NCBI GenBank assembly: GCA_023957215.1
Contig: JAMLHH010000001.1
Location: 17,383 to 81,382 of the forward strand
Direction: 5' to 3'
DNA from: Chitinophagales bacterium
GTDB taxonomy: Bacteria; Bacteroidota; Bacteroidia; Chitinophagales; JADIYW01
DNA: 64,000 nucleotides
Of the stretch, positions 28,929-37,699 are shown piece by piece; the first letter of the stretch is position 1; each line of letters begins with the position of its first letter. The notes beneath the pieces are model-generated. The model saw only the letters and a program-made list of their open reading frames with translations, was not told where the DNA came from and made no database searches. The translations under genes were made by a program, and so were the position numbers.

Positions 28929-30200
28929 ATGAAAGTATTCAAATTTGGGGGTGCATCGGTAAAAGATGCCACAGGAATCAAAAATGTATCTGAAATTATA
29001 GAAAAATACGCCGACAACGACACTTTAATTGTTGTTTCTGCTACCGGAAAGACTACTAATGCACTTGAAAGTGTGGTAGCTTCATTTTTTGATGAGGACG
29101 GGAAAGCATTGGAAAAATTAGATCACATAAGAGAGTTACATTTTAATATATGTAAAGGACTTTTGGGCGAGTCTAATCATTCTGTGTACAGTCAACTCAA
29201 TGATATAATTGCAGATGTAAAAAAGAAATTGGAAACATACCGCTTAGACTCATACAACTATGTATATGACCAAACAGTTTCAGCGGGAGAGTTATTGTCA
29301 AGTGTGATTTTGAGTGCTTATCTCAATGAAAAAGGCATTAAAAACAGCTGGTTAGACGTTAGAGATGTTTTAAGAACAGATGAGACTTATAGAGAAGGTG
29401 TAGTAGATTGGAAAGAGACGACAGAGCGTTCCAATAAAATCTTAAAACCACTCTTAAAAGAAAGTAAAGTGGTGACACAAGGATTTATAGGCTCTACACC
29501 ACATTATAGCACAACCACTTTGGGCAGAGAAGGATCAGACTACACTGCGGCCATTTTTGCCAATATATTAGATGCTGAGAATCAAACTATATGGAAAGAT
29601 GTACCCGGAGTGATGAATGGAGATCCACGCAAGTTTCAAGATGCAGTATTTATAGACGAATTGACTTATTTGGAAGCAGTGGAGATGACTTATTACGGAG
29701 CAAGTGTCATCCATCCTAAAACCATCAAACCTATCCAAAATAAGAAAATCCCTCTTTGGGTAAAGTCTTTTATTAATCCTGAAGGTAAAGGAACAAAAGT
29801 ATATGAAGCCTCTACCGCTTTAAAATATCCGCCTATCCGCGTACTAAAAGAAAATCAGACACTTTTGACCTTTCATACAAAAGATTTCTCTTTCGTGCCT
29901 GATGATACGGTCGGGGAATTATTAAAAGCTTTTGCGAAGGCAAATCTGAAAATCAATATAATACAAACCGGTGCGATATCTTTACAGGCAGTAGTGACTA
30001 ATGTTCCTGAAAAAATAGCTCATGTGATAGAATTGGTTGAAGGACATTTTAATATCAAGCAGGATGATGATTTGACAATCTTGACTATCAGACATTATAA
30101 CGATGAAATCATTGCCAAACACTTAATCGGTAAAGAAGTCATCATTGGTCAAAAAAGAGCTTCTACTTATCAAGCTTTATTTAAGTTGAAAAAAGATTAG
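28929..30200 (+). CDS. aspartate kinase (monofunctional)
   Basis: 423 aa. KFGGASV N-terminus, the TLGREGSDYTAA motif, and C-terminal ACT-like repeats. Confidence 0.9.
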   Translation: MKVFKFGGASVKDATGIKNVSEIIEKYADNDTLIVVSATGKTTNALESVVASFFDEDGKALEKLDHIRELHFNICKGLLGESNHSVYSQLNDIIADVKKKLETYRLDSYNYVYDQTVSAGELLSSVILSAYLNEKGIKNSWLDVRDVLRTDETYREGVVDWKETTERSNKILKPLLKESKVVTQGFIGSTPHYSTTTLGREGSDYTAAIFANILDAENQTIWKDVPGVMNGDPRKFQDAVFIDELTYLEAVEMTYYGASVIHPKTIKPIQNKKIPLWVKSFINPEGKGTKVYEASTALKYPPIRVLKENQTLLTFHTKDFSFVPDDTVGELLKAFAKANLKINIIQTGAISLQAVVTNVPEKIAHVIELVEGHFNIKQDDDLTILTIRHYNDEIIAKHLIGKEVIIGQKRASTYQALFKLKKD

Positions 30201-30202
30201 GA

Positions 30203-30415
30203 CTATCTTTTCCCGATTTTTACTTCTTTCGGCATAATCGTAGAACGTGTCGCTTTTGAAGCTTTTTTCTTATCCAAATTACCTTGTTTGTTGTCATTGA
30301 CGTTGACCATTCTGTCAGGTGATTTGGAGGCAGGACAGCCTTCACCTCTATTACATGACGACAGTGTCAATAGAGAAAAAACTATCATCATTGTACTCAA
30401 CCATTTCATTTTCAT
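30203..30415 (-). CDS. small putative lipoprotein
   Basis: 70 aa. Signal peptide with a lipobox-like LTLSSC, and a basic Lys-rich mature part. No family recognised. Confidence 0.4.
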   Translation of the reverse strand: MKMKWLSTMMIVFSLLTLSSCNRGEGCPASKSPDRMVNVNDNKQGNLDKKKASKATRSTIMPKEVKIGKR

Positions 30416-30439
30416 ATCTAAAGATACAAATTTTTGGAA

Positions 30440-31054
30440 TTATAACGCAAAAAGTTTTTGATAATCAATCTGTGAACGCCTGATGACTTCATAGGCTTCT
30501 TCTTTACCATACACGTGTGTGATTTCGCAAAGAGCTTCTTCTTCTCCCGGAATATTTTTGTATGTCAAGAAATAATGTTTTAATCTGGCAACTATTGGTG
30601 CAGGTAATTCCGTAATATCTTTATAATTTTGATAGATAGGATCTTTGACCATCACGGCAATAATTTTATCGTCTGCCTCACCTCTGTCTATTAATCTGAA
30701 ACCTCCTATTGGTCTGGAATGAACCAAGATATTACCATGAGCAATACTTCTCTCTGCCAAAACTAAAATATCTAACGGATCTCCATCTCCTATTATTCCC
30801 ACTCTTCCGATCCTTTCCATTGCGAGATCGGCACATCTTTCACCGCAGTAGGTTTGTGGGATGAAGCCATATAATGCAGGCACTATATTAGAGAATTTTT
30901 GAGGTCGATCGACCATCAAAAAACCGGACTCTTTGTCCACTTCATACTTGATTGTATCTGATGGAACGATTTCAATAAATGTGGTAACGACTTCAGGTGA
31001 TTTTTCACCAATAAACACACCATGCCAAGGGTGAGCCTTAAATGAATTTGCCAT
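30440..31054 (-). CDS. ppa: inorganic diphosphatase (family I)
   Basis: 204 aa. EIVPSDTIKYEVD, DGDPLDILV and DDKIIAV motifs of soluble PPases. Confidence 0.82.
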   Translation of the reverse strand: MANSFKAHPWHGVFIGEKSPEVVTTFIEIVPSDTIKYEVDKESGFLMVDRPQKFSNIVPALYGFIPQTYCGERCADLAMERIGRVGIIGDGDPLDILVLAERSIAHGNILVHSRPIGGFRLIDRGEADDKIIAVMVKDPIYQNYKDITELPAPIVARLKHYFLTYKNIPGEEEALCEITHVYGKEEAYEVIRRSQIDYQKLFAL

Positions 31055-31146
31055 GACACAAATCTAAAAAAACTAAATGGCTATCTTATTTCTTATAAGT
31101 TAAATTTTAATTTGAGACCACCACCCCTCCCTTTTTCATTGGCTTA

Positions 31147-34146
31147 TTATATTGAAAAACGCCTTCTCACCAGCCACAGTGCCGATAGCACCAATAAGGT
31201 TGTAACAACTTTGATATTTTTTTGCCAAAACGACGGAGTCAGATTTAGGTTTTCACTATTGCCTTGCAAAATAATTCCTGACCAATATTTGGGATCGGTC
31301 TTGTATTTATCTCCATTTTTCAAGTAATCTATTTTGGCACTTTTAAGTGCTTTTTCTTTAGAATATCCCATAGAGAGATATTTATAGAAAGATACCATGA
31401 TTTCTTTCATGACTTTATCTTCTACATTCCAAAGGGTCATAATAATATTTTTACAGCCGTTGTACATAAATGCATCGGCTATACCGCCTATTTTTATGGC
31501 ACTGGTAGGATTTCCTTTTGCATCGCATGCACTCAGAGTCACTAACTGTGTACGCATCGGAAAACCAAAAATATCATGTGCGTATAAAATACCGTTATCA
31601 TTTTCTCCCGGGGAAAGGTATAACTTACTCTCTAAAGGATTGACTGAGTCGTAGTCAATATGTGTAGAAATGTGTATTGCTCCATATTGGGATATATTTT
31701 TTATAAAATTTTCTTTATTGGCATTTTTACCTATATAATTTATGGTTTTGAAAAAATTTTGTATTCCTTTTACTTCTTTTTCGGATTGTAGGAGCTCCTC
31801 TTTTCCAAAGGAGAGAAAATGAATAGGTGCGAAAGTGAGTATCTTCTTATTAATGAGTTTATCATCTAATCTATAAAAATAGTTTTGGACAGAAGTGTTG
31901 TATATGAAGTCAAAATTTTCAATTGCATATTTATTTTTATATTTCACTGCTTCAATATTCATCCATTTTGATGAGTAGTCAGGAATGACAATTAACTTTT
32001 TGAGTCCTCTTTTTTCCAAATCCGACAGTAGCTGTGTAAAATCTATTTCATCTTGTATTAAAATATTTGTAAAATTTTGAGCAATTAGAAAAAGATATTT
32101 TTTGTTGCCGATATTGACAAACTGACAAATGACACTTTTTGATGATTTGAGTTTGTTTCTGGCTTCATCAGGCTTAATGGGCTGAAAATCATACTTCTTA
32201 TTATAATAATCGGGATGTATTTTTTTTAGGTTTTTGTAAAATCTTTCTTCCTCATGATACAGATTAAACAGTTTTAAATTAATCTCATTTCTATCTTTTT
32301 CTTTAGTTTTCAGTAATAATGACTGATTGTATAAGATATCTTTCTTCAACTGGTATTCCTTTCTGACAGTGGTCAAAGGGAGGTTTGACATTTTGTACCC
32401 ATCCATACCATGTAGGAGTTTCAAGGTATTTTCGTATTTGATTCTTTCGGCAAATTCAAAAGCTTTGTCGAAATAACTTTTATCATCTGTTTGTTGCCAG
32501 ACTGCCACACAAGATTTCAAGCCTGCTTTGAATATGCGGATATATATTTCGTCATACTTTTTATCGATATCGTCAGAGGTTCTTCTTTTTTGATGAAAAT
32601 TGATAATAGCTACGATATTCATTAATTCATCCGTTGATCCTTTTATCAAATCTAATCGATTTGCTCTCATCCCATATTCGTAAATAAGCTGTGATTTGTA
32701 TGCTATAACTTCCAAATATTCGGGAATAAATAATATTTGACTGGGCTTGATATAATATCGCTCTTCTTTAGTGAGTTTTTGTTTCAGACAGGCATTCAAT
32801 GCTTCTTGGATATAAAAATCCGTCAATGCAAAATTATTTTGAGTCCAAGCTAATTTGGAGCCTAATATATAAGTCTGCGCAAACATATAATGAGGTTTGT
32901 CTCCTGCATATTTTTTGCCTAACAGAATAGCTCTTTTTAGTTCTTGTTGTGCTTCCGGATATCTTTTTAGTTGTATATATTTTTCTAATAAGAAAAGTGA
33001 AATTTCCCATTTTCCGATATTGGCATTTAATGTAATCTTATTTTGCATTTGCATGGCTTCTCGTGCCAATAAGATTGAACTGTCTATCTGCTTAGAAAGA
33101 CCCGCTAACTCTAATAAGATGTTGGAGATATAGATATGTTGCTCATCATAAGTATTTTTTCTGATTTTAAGGGCTTTTTCTAATACAGCTTTTGCCAGAC
33201 TGTCTTTCCCTTCCAATTTATAGACACGTCCCAAATCTTCATAGCCCCACGCCGTTTCTATATGATTGTCACCATATAATCGGATAGAAGTTTCTAAGTC
33301 TTTTTCAAAATAATATTCGGCTTTAACCAATTCATATCTTTTTAAATAAATACTACCGAGACTTCCATACACTTCCGCAATATGGTGATGGCTCTTCCCT
33401 AATTTTTTCTGATAAATCTCCAAAGCTTTATTATATAAGACACCAGCATCTATATAAAATCCTTTTTCTTCTTTTATCAATCCCATATTATAGTAAGCTC
33501 TCGCCGAATTGATACTGTTTTTCCCTTCAGACATAGTAGAGATGGTGCGGGACATATCATAGTATTCATAAGCTTTGTCAAGATTGCCTTCATAAAATTC
33601 TGATACACCCATTTGGTTATAAAGGACACTGAGTTCCGCCGAGTCAATCTCCGATGGGACATACGTTTTTAAATCATCTAAGGTCTCATTATAAAGTCTT
33701 TTTGCATCATCCAAGCGATTGAGTGCTATCAAAACCCTGCCAATATCGTTTCTAATCTCCAAAAGTTCCGGAATCTTTTTGTTCTGACTAAGTGATTTAT
33801 AGATTTTAAAAGCCGACTTGTATTTTGACAAAGCATCATTCAACTGTCCTTTTTCATAGAATAAAGTGGCTAAAGTGCTTAAATATTCTGCATTGATTTC
33901 TTTGACAGATGAAATTTTGTGTTGATGGCGATTTTCAAAATTTTTAAGAAGTATTCCGGCACTATCTACTTGACCATAAGTGATGGTTTTCTTAATCTGC
34001 TTGAGTGCTTTTTGCAAATCTTTGACTTGTTTTTTTTCTTTTGAAATGGAAGTTTTATTAAAATCTTCTAAAGCATAAAGATTTTTCTTTTGTGGATAAA
34101 GTATCACAAACAGTATCACCACGAGTAAAGAAAATCGAATGCGCAT
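31147..34146 (-). CDS. TPR repeat plus CHAT (caspase-like) domain protein, N-terminal signal/anchor and C-terminal TM helix
   Basis: The ORF is open to 34299, but the Met at 34146 gives a signal-like MRIRFSLLVVILFVILY. There is a central TPR array. The C-terminal CHAT domain has His (AIHISTH, codons 31660-31662 and 31672-31674) and Cys (LSACDA, codon 31525-31527). The terminal helix is VVTTLLVLSALWLV followed by RRRF. Confidence 0.75.
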   Translation of the reverse strand: MRIRFSLLVVILFVILYPQKKNLYALEDFNKTSISKEKKQVKDLQKALKQIKKTITYGQVDSAGILLKNFENRHQHKISSVKEINAEYLSTLATLFYEKGQLNDALSKYKSAFKIYKSLSQNKKIPELLEIRNDIGRVLIALNRLDDAKRLYNETLDDLKTYVPSEIDSAELSVLYNQMGVSEFYEGNLDKAYEYYDMSRTISTMSEGKNSINSARAYYNMGLIKEEKGFYIDAGVLYNKALEIYQKKLGKSHHHIAEVYGSLGSIYLKRYELVKAEYYFEKDLETSIRLYGDNHIETAWGYEDLGRVYKLEGKDSLAKAVLEKALKIRKNTYDEQHIYISNILLELAGLSKQIDSSILLAREAMQMQNKITLNANIGKWEISLFLLEKYIQLKRYPEAQQELKRAILLGKKYAGDKPHYMFAQTYILGSKLAWTQNNFALTDFYIQEALNACLKQKLTKEERYYIKPSQILFIPEYLEVIAYKSQLIYEYGMRANRLDLIKGSTDELMNIVAIINFHQKRRTSDDIDKKYDEIYIRIFKAGLKSCVAVWQQTDDKSYFDKAFEFAERIKYENTLKLLHGMDGYKMSNLPLTTVRKEYQLKKDILYNQSLLLKTKEKDRNEINLKLFNLYHEEERFYKNLKKIHPDYYNKKYDFQPIKPDEARNKLKSSKSVICQFVNIGNKKYLFLIAQNFTNILIQDEIDFTQLLSDLEKRGLKKLIVIPDYSSKWMNIEAVKYKNKYAIENFDFIYNTSVQNYFYRLDDKLINKKILTFAPIHFLSFGKEELLQSEKEVKGIQNFFKTINYIGKNANKENFIKNISQYGAIHISTHIDYDSVNPLESKLYLSPGENDNGILYAHDIFGFPMRTQLVTLSACDAKGNPTSAIKIGGIADAFMYNGCKNIIMTLWNVEDKVMKEIMVSFYKYLSMGYSKEKALKSAKIDYLKNGDKYKTDPKYWSGIILQGNSENLNLTPSFWQKNIKVVTTLLVLSALWLVRRRFSI

Positions 34147-34175
34147 ACTTGCTTCTTTGTATTTTACTCCAAAAT

Positions 34176-34205
34176 AAGCAATCACTATTGAAATAATGAT
34201 TGCTT
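34176..34205. promoter_or_regulatory. 9-bp perfect inverted repeat in the CHAT/leuB divergent intergenic region
   Basis: AAGCAATCA (34176-34184) and TGATTGCTT (34197-34205) with a 12-nt loop. TTGTATTTT follows on the + strand. The repeat ends 41 nt before the leuB ATG. Confidence 0.35.
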
Positions 34206-34246
34206 TTGTATTTTCGCAACAATTATATAGAGTGAAAATACAAATT

Positions 34247-35308
34247 ATGAATAAAAAAATTGCAGTTTTACCCGGAGATGGAATAGGACCTGAAGTCATA
34301 CAAGAGGCTGTAAAAGTGTTAGATGCAGTAGCTAAAAAATTTCACCACACTTTTGAATATAAAACGGCAAAGATTGGAGCAGCAGCCATTGACACGGTAG
34401 GTAATCCCTACCCACAGGAAACACATGATATCTGCCTGTGGAGTGATGCTATTTTATTTGGAGCAATAGGTGATCCAAAATATGACAACAATCCAAGTGC
34501 AAAGGTCAGACCCGAACAAGGATTACTGGCTATGAGAAGCACTTTAGGTCTCTATGCCAATATACGCCCCATAAAAAGCTATAACAGTCTTTTAGATGCA
34601 TCGCCACTGAAACCTGAAATCGTAAAAGATGTAGATTTTGTTGTAGTACGTGAATTGATTAGTGGGATATACTTTGGCAGTCCGAGAGGAAGGAGTGAAG
34701 ATGGCAAACATGCTTTTGATACATGTGAATATCATGCTGATGAAATCCTGAGAATCACCGAAAAGGCATTTCAATATGCAAGAAATAGGAAGAAAAAAGT
34801 TACTTTATTAGATAAGGCAAATGTGTTAGCGACATCAAGGCTATGGAGAGAAGTCGTCAGTGGATATGCTGCCCAAAATCCGGATATCACTTATGAAGCT
34901 AATTTTATCGACTCCGCCGCTATGCACATGATTCAAAGACCCAATCAGTACGATGTCATCTTGACGGGAAATATGTTTGGAGATATTATTTCTGATGAGG
35001 CTTCCGTGATTACCGGAACTTTAGGTCTTTTACCTTCTGCCTCCATAGGAGAAAAAGCTGCATTGTATGAGCCGATTCATGGGTCTTATCCTCAAGCAAA
35101 AGGCAAGAATATTGCCAATCCGATGGCAACTATCCTTTCTGCTGCAATGATGTTAGAATATTCGTTTGGATGGTTAGACGAAGCAAAAACAATCGAAGCT
35201 GCCGTAGAGAAAGCATTAGAGCAAAATATTGTTACTGAAGATATCAAGCAAGGTAAGTACGGAACAAATGAAGTAGGTGATGCCATTATCCAGTTTATTT
35301 TGGATTAG
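34247..35308 (+). CDS. leuB: 3-isopropylmalate dehydrogenase
   Basis: The conserved N-terminus MNKKIAVLPGDGIGPEV begins at 34247 (the ORF opens at 34196). Motifs LLAMRSTLGLYANIRP and NMFGDIISDEAS. Confidence 0.92.
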   Translation: MNKKIAVLPGDGIGPEVIQEAVKVLDAVAKKFHHTFEYKTAKIGAAAIDTVGNPYPQETHDICLWSDAILFGAIGDPKYDNNPSAKVRPEQGLLAMRSTLGLYANIRPIKSYNSLLDASPLKPEIVKDVDFVVVRELISGIYFGSPRGRSEDGKHAFDTCEYHADEILRITEKAFQYARNRKKKVTLLDKANVLATSRLWREVVSGYAAQNPDITYEANFIDSAAMHMIQRPNQYDVILTGNMFGDIISDEASVITGTLGLLPSASIGEKAALYEPIHGSYPQAKGKNIANPMATILSAAMMLEYSFGWLDEAKTIEAAVEKALEQNIVTEDIKQGKYGTNEVGDAIIQFILD

Positions 35309-35330
35309 ATAAAAATTAATATTTGCCACA

Positions 35331-35372
35331 AAAAAAGATGAGACCGTCCGAAATGGGTAACCTCATCTTTTT
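35331..35372. terminator. bidirectional intrinsic terminator between convergent leuB and rlpA
   Basis: AAAAAGATGAG (35332-35342) pairs with CTCATCTTTTT (35362-35372). An A-run precedes and a T-run follows, so the hairpin plus U-tract forms on both strands. Confidence 0.65.
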
Positions 35373-35393
35373 ATATTTATATTTTAAAACTTC

Positions 35394-35858
35394 TTAAAAG
35401 ATACCAGATAAATCCTTGGTTTCAGAACAATTTCCATTAATAGTCTCAGGTGTCATGTCGTCTGACAAGTCTGCTTCCTCATCAATAGAATAAGAGTTCC
35501 CATCACTATCTAATACCTCTACAAGTACTTTCGCCACACCGCTTTTAACCATATTAATAGATTCCGCCGCTGATTTTGACAAATCAACAACCCGACCTTT
35601 TGCATAAGGACCTCTGTCGTTGACGGTGACCACTACACTTTTGTTATTGTTTAGATTTGTTACTTTTAATAGGGTGCCAAAAGGCAGACTTCTGTGTGCA
35701 CATGTCATCTTGTTGTGGCTGTATTTGTCACCATTTGCAGTAGTTTTTCCTACAAACATATCTGCATAATAAGAAGCCATTCCTTCAAAATTATCTTTCG
35801 CTGATACCGCAAAAGTAGAAATGACGAACAAGATTATTAGAGCTTTTAAAAACTTCAT
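35394..35858 (-). CDS. rlpA: septal ring lytic transglycosylase RlpA family protein (DPBB domain)
   Basis: 154 aa. Signal peptide and a DPBB block ASYYADMFVGKTTANGDKY...AHRSLPFGTLLKVTNL.NNKSVVVTVNDRGPY. Confidence 0.8.
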   Translation of the reverse strand: MKFLKALIILFVISTFAVSAKDNFEGMASYYADMFVGKTTANGDKYSHNKMTCAHRSLPFGTLLKVTNLNNNKSVVVTVNDRGPYAKGRVVDLSKSAAESINMVKSGVAKVLVEVLDSDGNSYSIDEEADLSDDMTPETINGNCSETKDLSGIF

Positions 35859-36002
35859 CCATTATAAAATTGGTTCAGAACAAATTTAAAACAGATAAAA
35901 AGTCGGGACATGTCAATAAAAAATTAAAATAGTTAAGTCGTTGTTAAAAATAGAATTAGTTTGTGAAAAATGCATCCAAAATGACACCTTTTGCATTCTA
36001 AA

Positions 36003-36641
36003 CTACAAAAGTATGAATAACTTCTCCTGAATTATTTGATGTCCACCCTCAAACTCATTGATATTGAATGTGATATTCTTTTTGCCTAATTGTTGAAGAT
36101 ATTCTTGGATACGCTTTTCAGACAGAAAAGGGTCTTGATTTCCATAAAAAAGATAGAGTTGGCTATTGTCTAACTGATAATTATCAAGTACATCTTGGGG
36201 AATAGTTCCTGACCATGCGGCTAATTTATCAATTTTGTGATGAGATGTATTTGCCCATCTAAAGAGGGTGCTGACTCCTTGGGAAAATCCGAAGGCTATG
36301 AGTCTCTTATTTCTTCTTTGGTTTGCTATTAACTTTTGAAAGACACTTTCTATATAATTTGTGTAGTCTTTGATTTCATTTTCCCTATCTTCGGATGTCA
36401 TCCAAGTCGCACCTATCCGTCCGGTGAAACCGGATTGATAAAATTTGGAGAGTGCTTCCGGTGCAATAATAAAGTTGGTTTTCAGATCTAAATCTTCAAA
36501 CTTCTTGATGAAATACCGGGCAAGCATTCCATAACCGTGAAAAACTATCCATATATTTTCTGTTTGTTCGCATAATGTCCCTAAAGTATATATCCGTGCT
36601 GTTTTTTTAACTTCTAAAGAAAGTGTATTCATTTTTATCAC
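36003..36641 (-). CDS. alpha/beta hydrolase (phospholipase/carboxylesterase-like serine esterase)
   Basis: 212 aa. Nucleophile elbow GFSQG, a late GGH (EFEGGHQI) consistent with the catalytic His. Its start overlaps the gpsA stop by 4 nt. Confidence 0.62.
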   Translation of the reverse strand: MIKMNTLSLEVKKTARIYTLGTLCEQTENIWIVFHGYGMLARYFIKKFEDLDLKTNFIIAPEALSKFYQSGFTGRIGATWMTSEDRENEIKDYTNYIESVFQKLIANQRRNKRLIAFGFSQGVSTLFRWANTSHHKIDKLAAWSGTIPQDVLDNYQLDNSQLYLFYGNQDPFLSEKRIQEYLQQLGKKNITFNINEFEGGHQIIQEKLFILL

Positions 36642-37699
36642 ATAAAATCTACATCAAATTGGTTTTTGTAGTCCATTAAAAAAGCAAGTCCTTCTTTGGT
36701 GTCCCAATCTTCAAACAATACTTTATAGGTTGTTTTCACAATAGGCACATCCAAATTGAGATGGTTGGCTATTCTATTGCAAATATCCACTGTCCTCAGA
36801 CCTTCAGCGACTTCTGACGAAGTAGAGATAATATTATCCAAAGATTCACCTTTTGCCACTCTATATCCTACCGAGAAATTTCTACTCAGAGGAGAAGTGC
36901 AGGTAGCAATGATATCACCTATACCGGCGATTCCAAAAAAGGCTGATTTTTTTGCACCTAAAGCTGTACCAAGTATCATCATTTCCCGAACACCTCTTGC
37001 AAGTAAAAATGCAACTGTATTTTGACCATAGCCCATACCGTTAAGTGCGCCGGCAGTAATGGCTAATGAATTTTTTAAAACACCTGCAAGCTCTACACCA
37101 AAGATATCATGGCTGGCATAAACTTGGAATCTCTGGCTTTTAATCGAATTTCTGACTTTTGCAATCACCTCATCAAATGGGCTGGCAATAACGGTAGCCG
37201 CAGGTTGGTGTTGGGACAATTCTTTTGCTAAGTTTGGTCCGGAGATACATCCTACTCTTCTGACATTGGTCTCCTGAATGATGAGCTGGCTCATCGTTTT
37301 GATATCACTTAGTCTAAATTCGGGTTCTATCTCCAAAGATGTTTCTACCTGTAAATCTTCTATATCCAAGCCTTTCGTTGTATGTACCAAAAAGTGTTCG
37401 GGTTTCAAGTAAGGTGAAAAACTTTTGAGTGTGGCTCTGAAATGTTTGGATGGAACACTTGGAAAAATGAGATTACAATTATTACAAACCTCTTCTATAT
37501 CGTTACTCGCCGTAATATGATTGTGCAAAGTCTGTCCGGCAGACATTTTTGTTTTATTGATTTCATCAACCTTGTCTGCACGTCTCGAATACAATAAAAC
37601 CGGGCCATTTTCTGCCAAAAGATTAGCGATTGTCGTGCCAAAACTTCCGGTACCAATAACTCCCACGGGCTTTTTATGAGATGTATTTATGTAAGCCAT
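36638..37699 (-). CDS. gpsA: NAD(P)H-dependent glycerol-3-phosphate dehydrogenase
   Basis: 353 aa. Rossmann motif VGVIGTGSFGTTIA and GpsA-type central/C-terminal blocks (GPNLAKE, KNSLAI, GLRT). Its start overlaps the upstream acyltransferase gene by 26 nt. Confidence 0.87.
   Translation of the reverse strand: MAYINTSHKKPVGVIGTGSFGTTIANLLAENGPVLLYSRRADKVDEINKTKMSAGQTLHNHITASNDIEEVCNNCNLIFPSVPSKHFRATLKSFSPYLKPEHFLVHTTKGLDIEDLQVETSLEIEPEFRLSDIKTMSQLIIQETNVRRVGCISGPNLAKELSQHQPAATVIASPFDEVIAKVRNSIKSQRFQVYASHDIFGVELAGVLKNSLAITAGALNGMGYGQNTVAFLLARGVREMMILGTALGAKKSAFFGIAGIGDIIATCTSPLSRNFSVGYRVAKGESLDNIISTSSEVAEGLRTVDICNRIANHLNLDVPIVKTTYKVLFEDWDTKEGLAFLMDYKNQFDVDFM

Noticed and set aside
34139-34177. 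Mini-ORF MRILASLYFTPK upstream of leuB as a possible leucine leader peptide
   Set aside because: It has only two Leu codons and no Leu run. Its ATG is just the palindrome ATGCGCAT shared with the CHAT start on the other strand.
34147-34299. N-terminal extension of the CHAT ORF (MTSGPIPSPGKT...) that would overlap the leuB start by about 50 nt
   Set aside because: The internal Met at 34146 gives a typical signal or anchor sequence (MRIRFSLLVVILF). The extension is just the reverse complement of leuB 5' sequence and the intergenic region.
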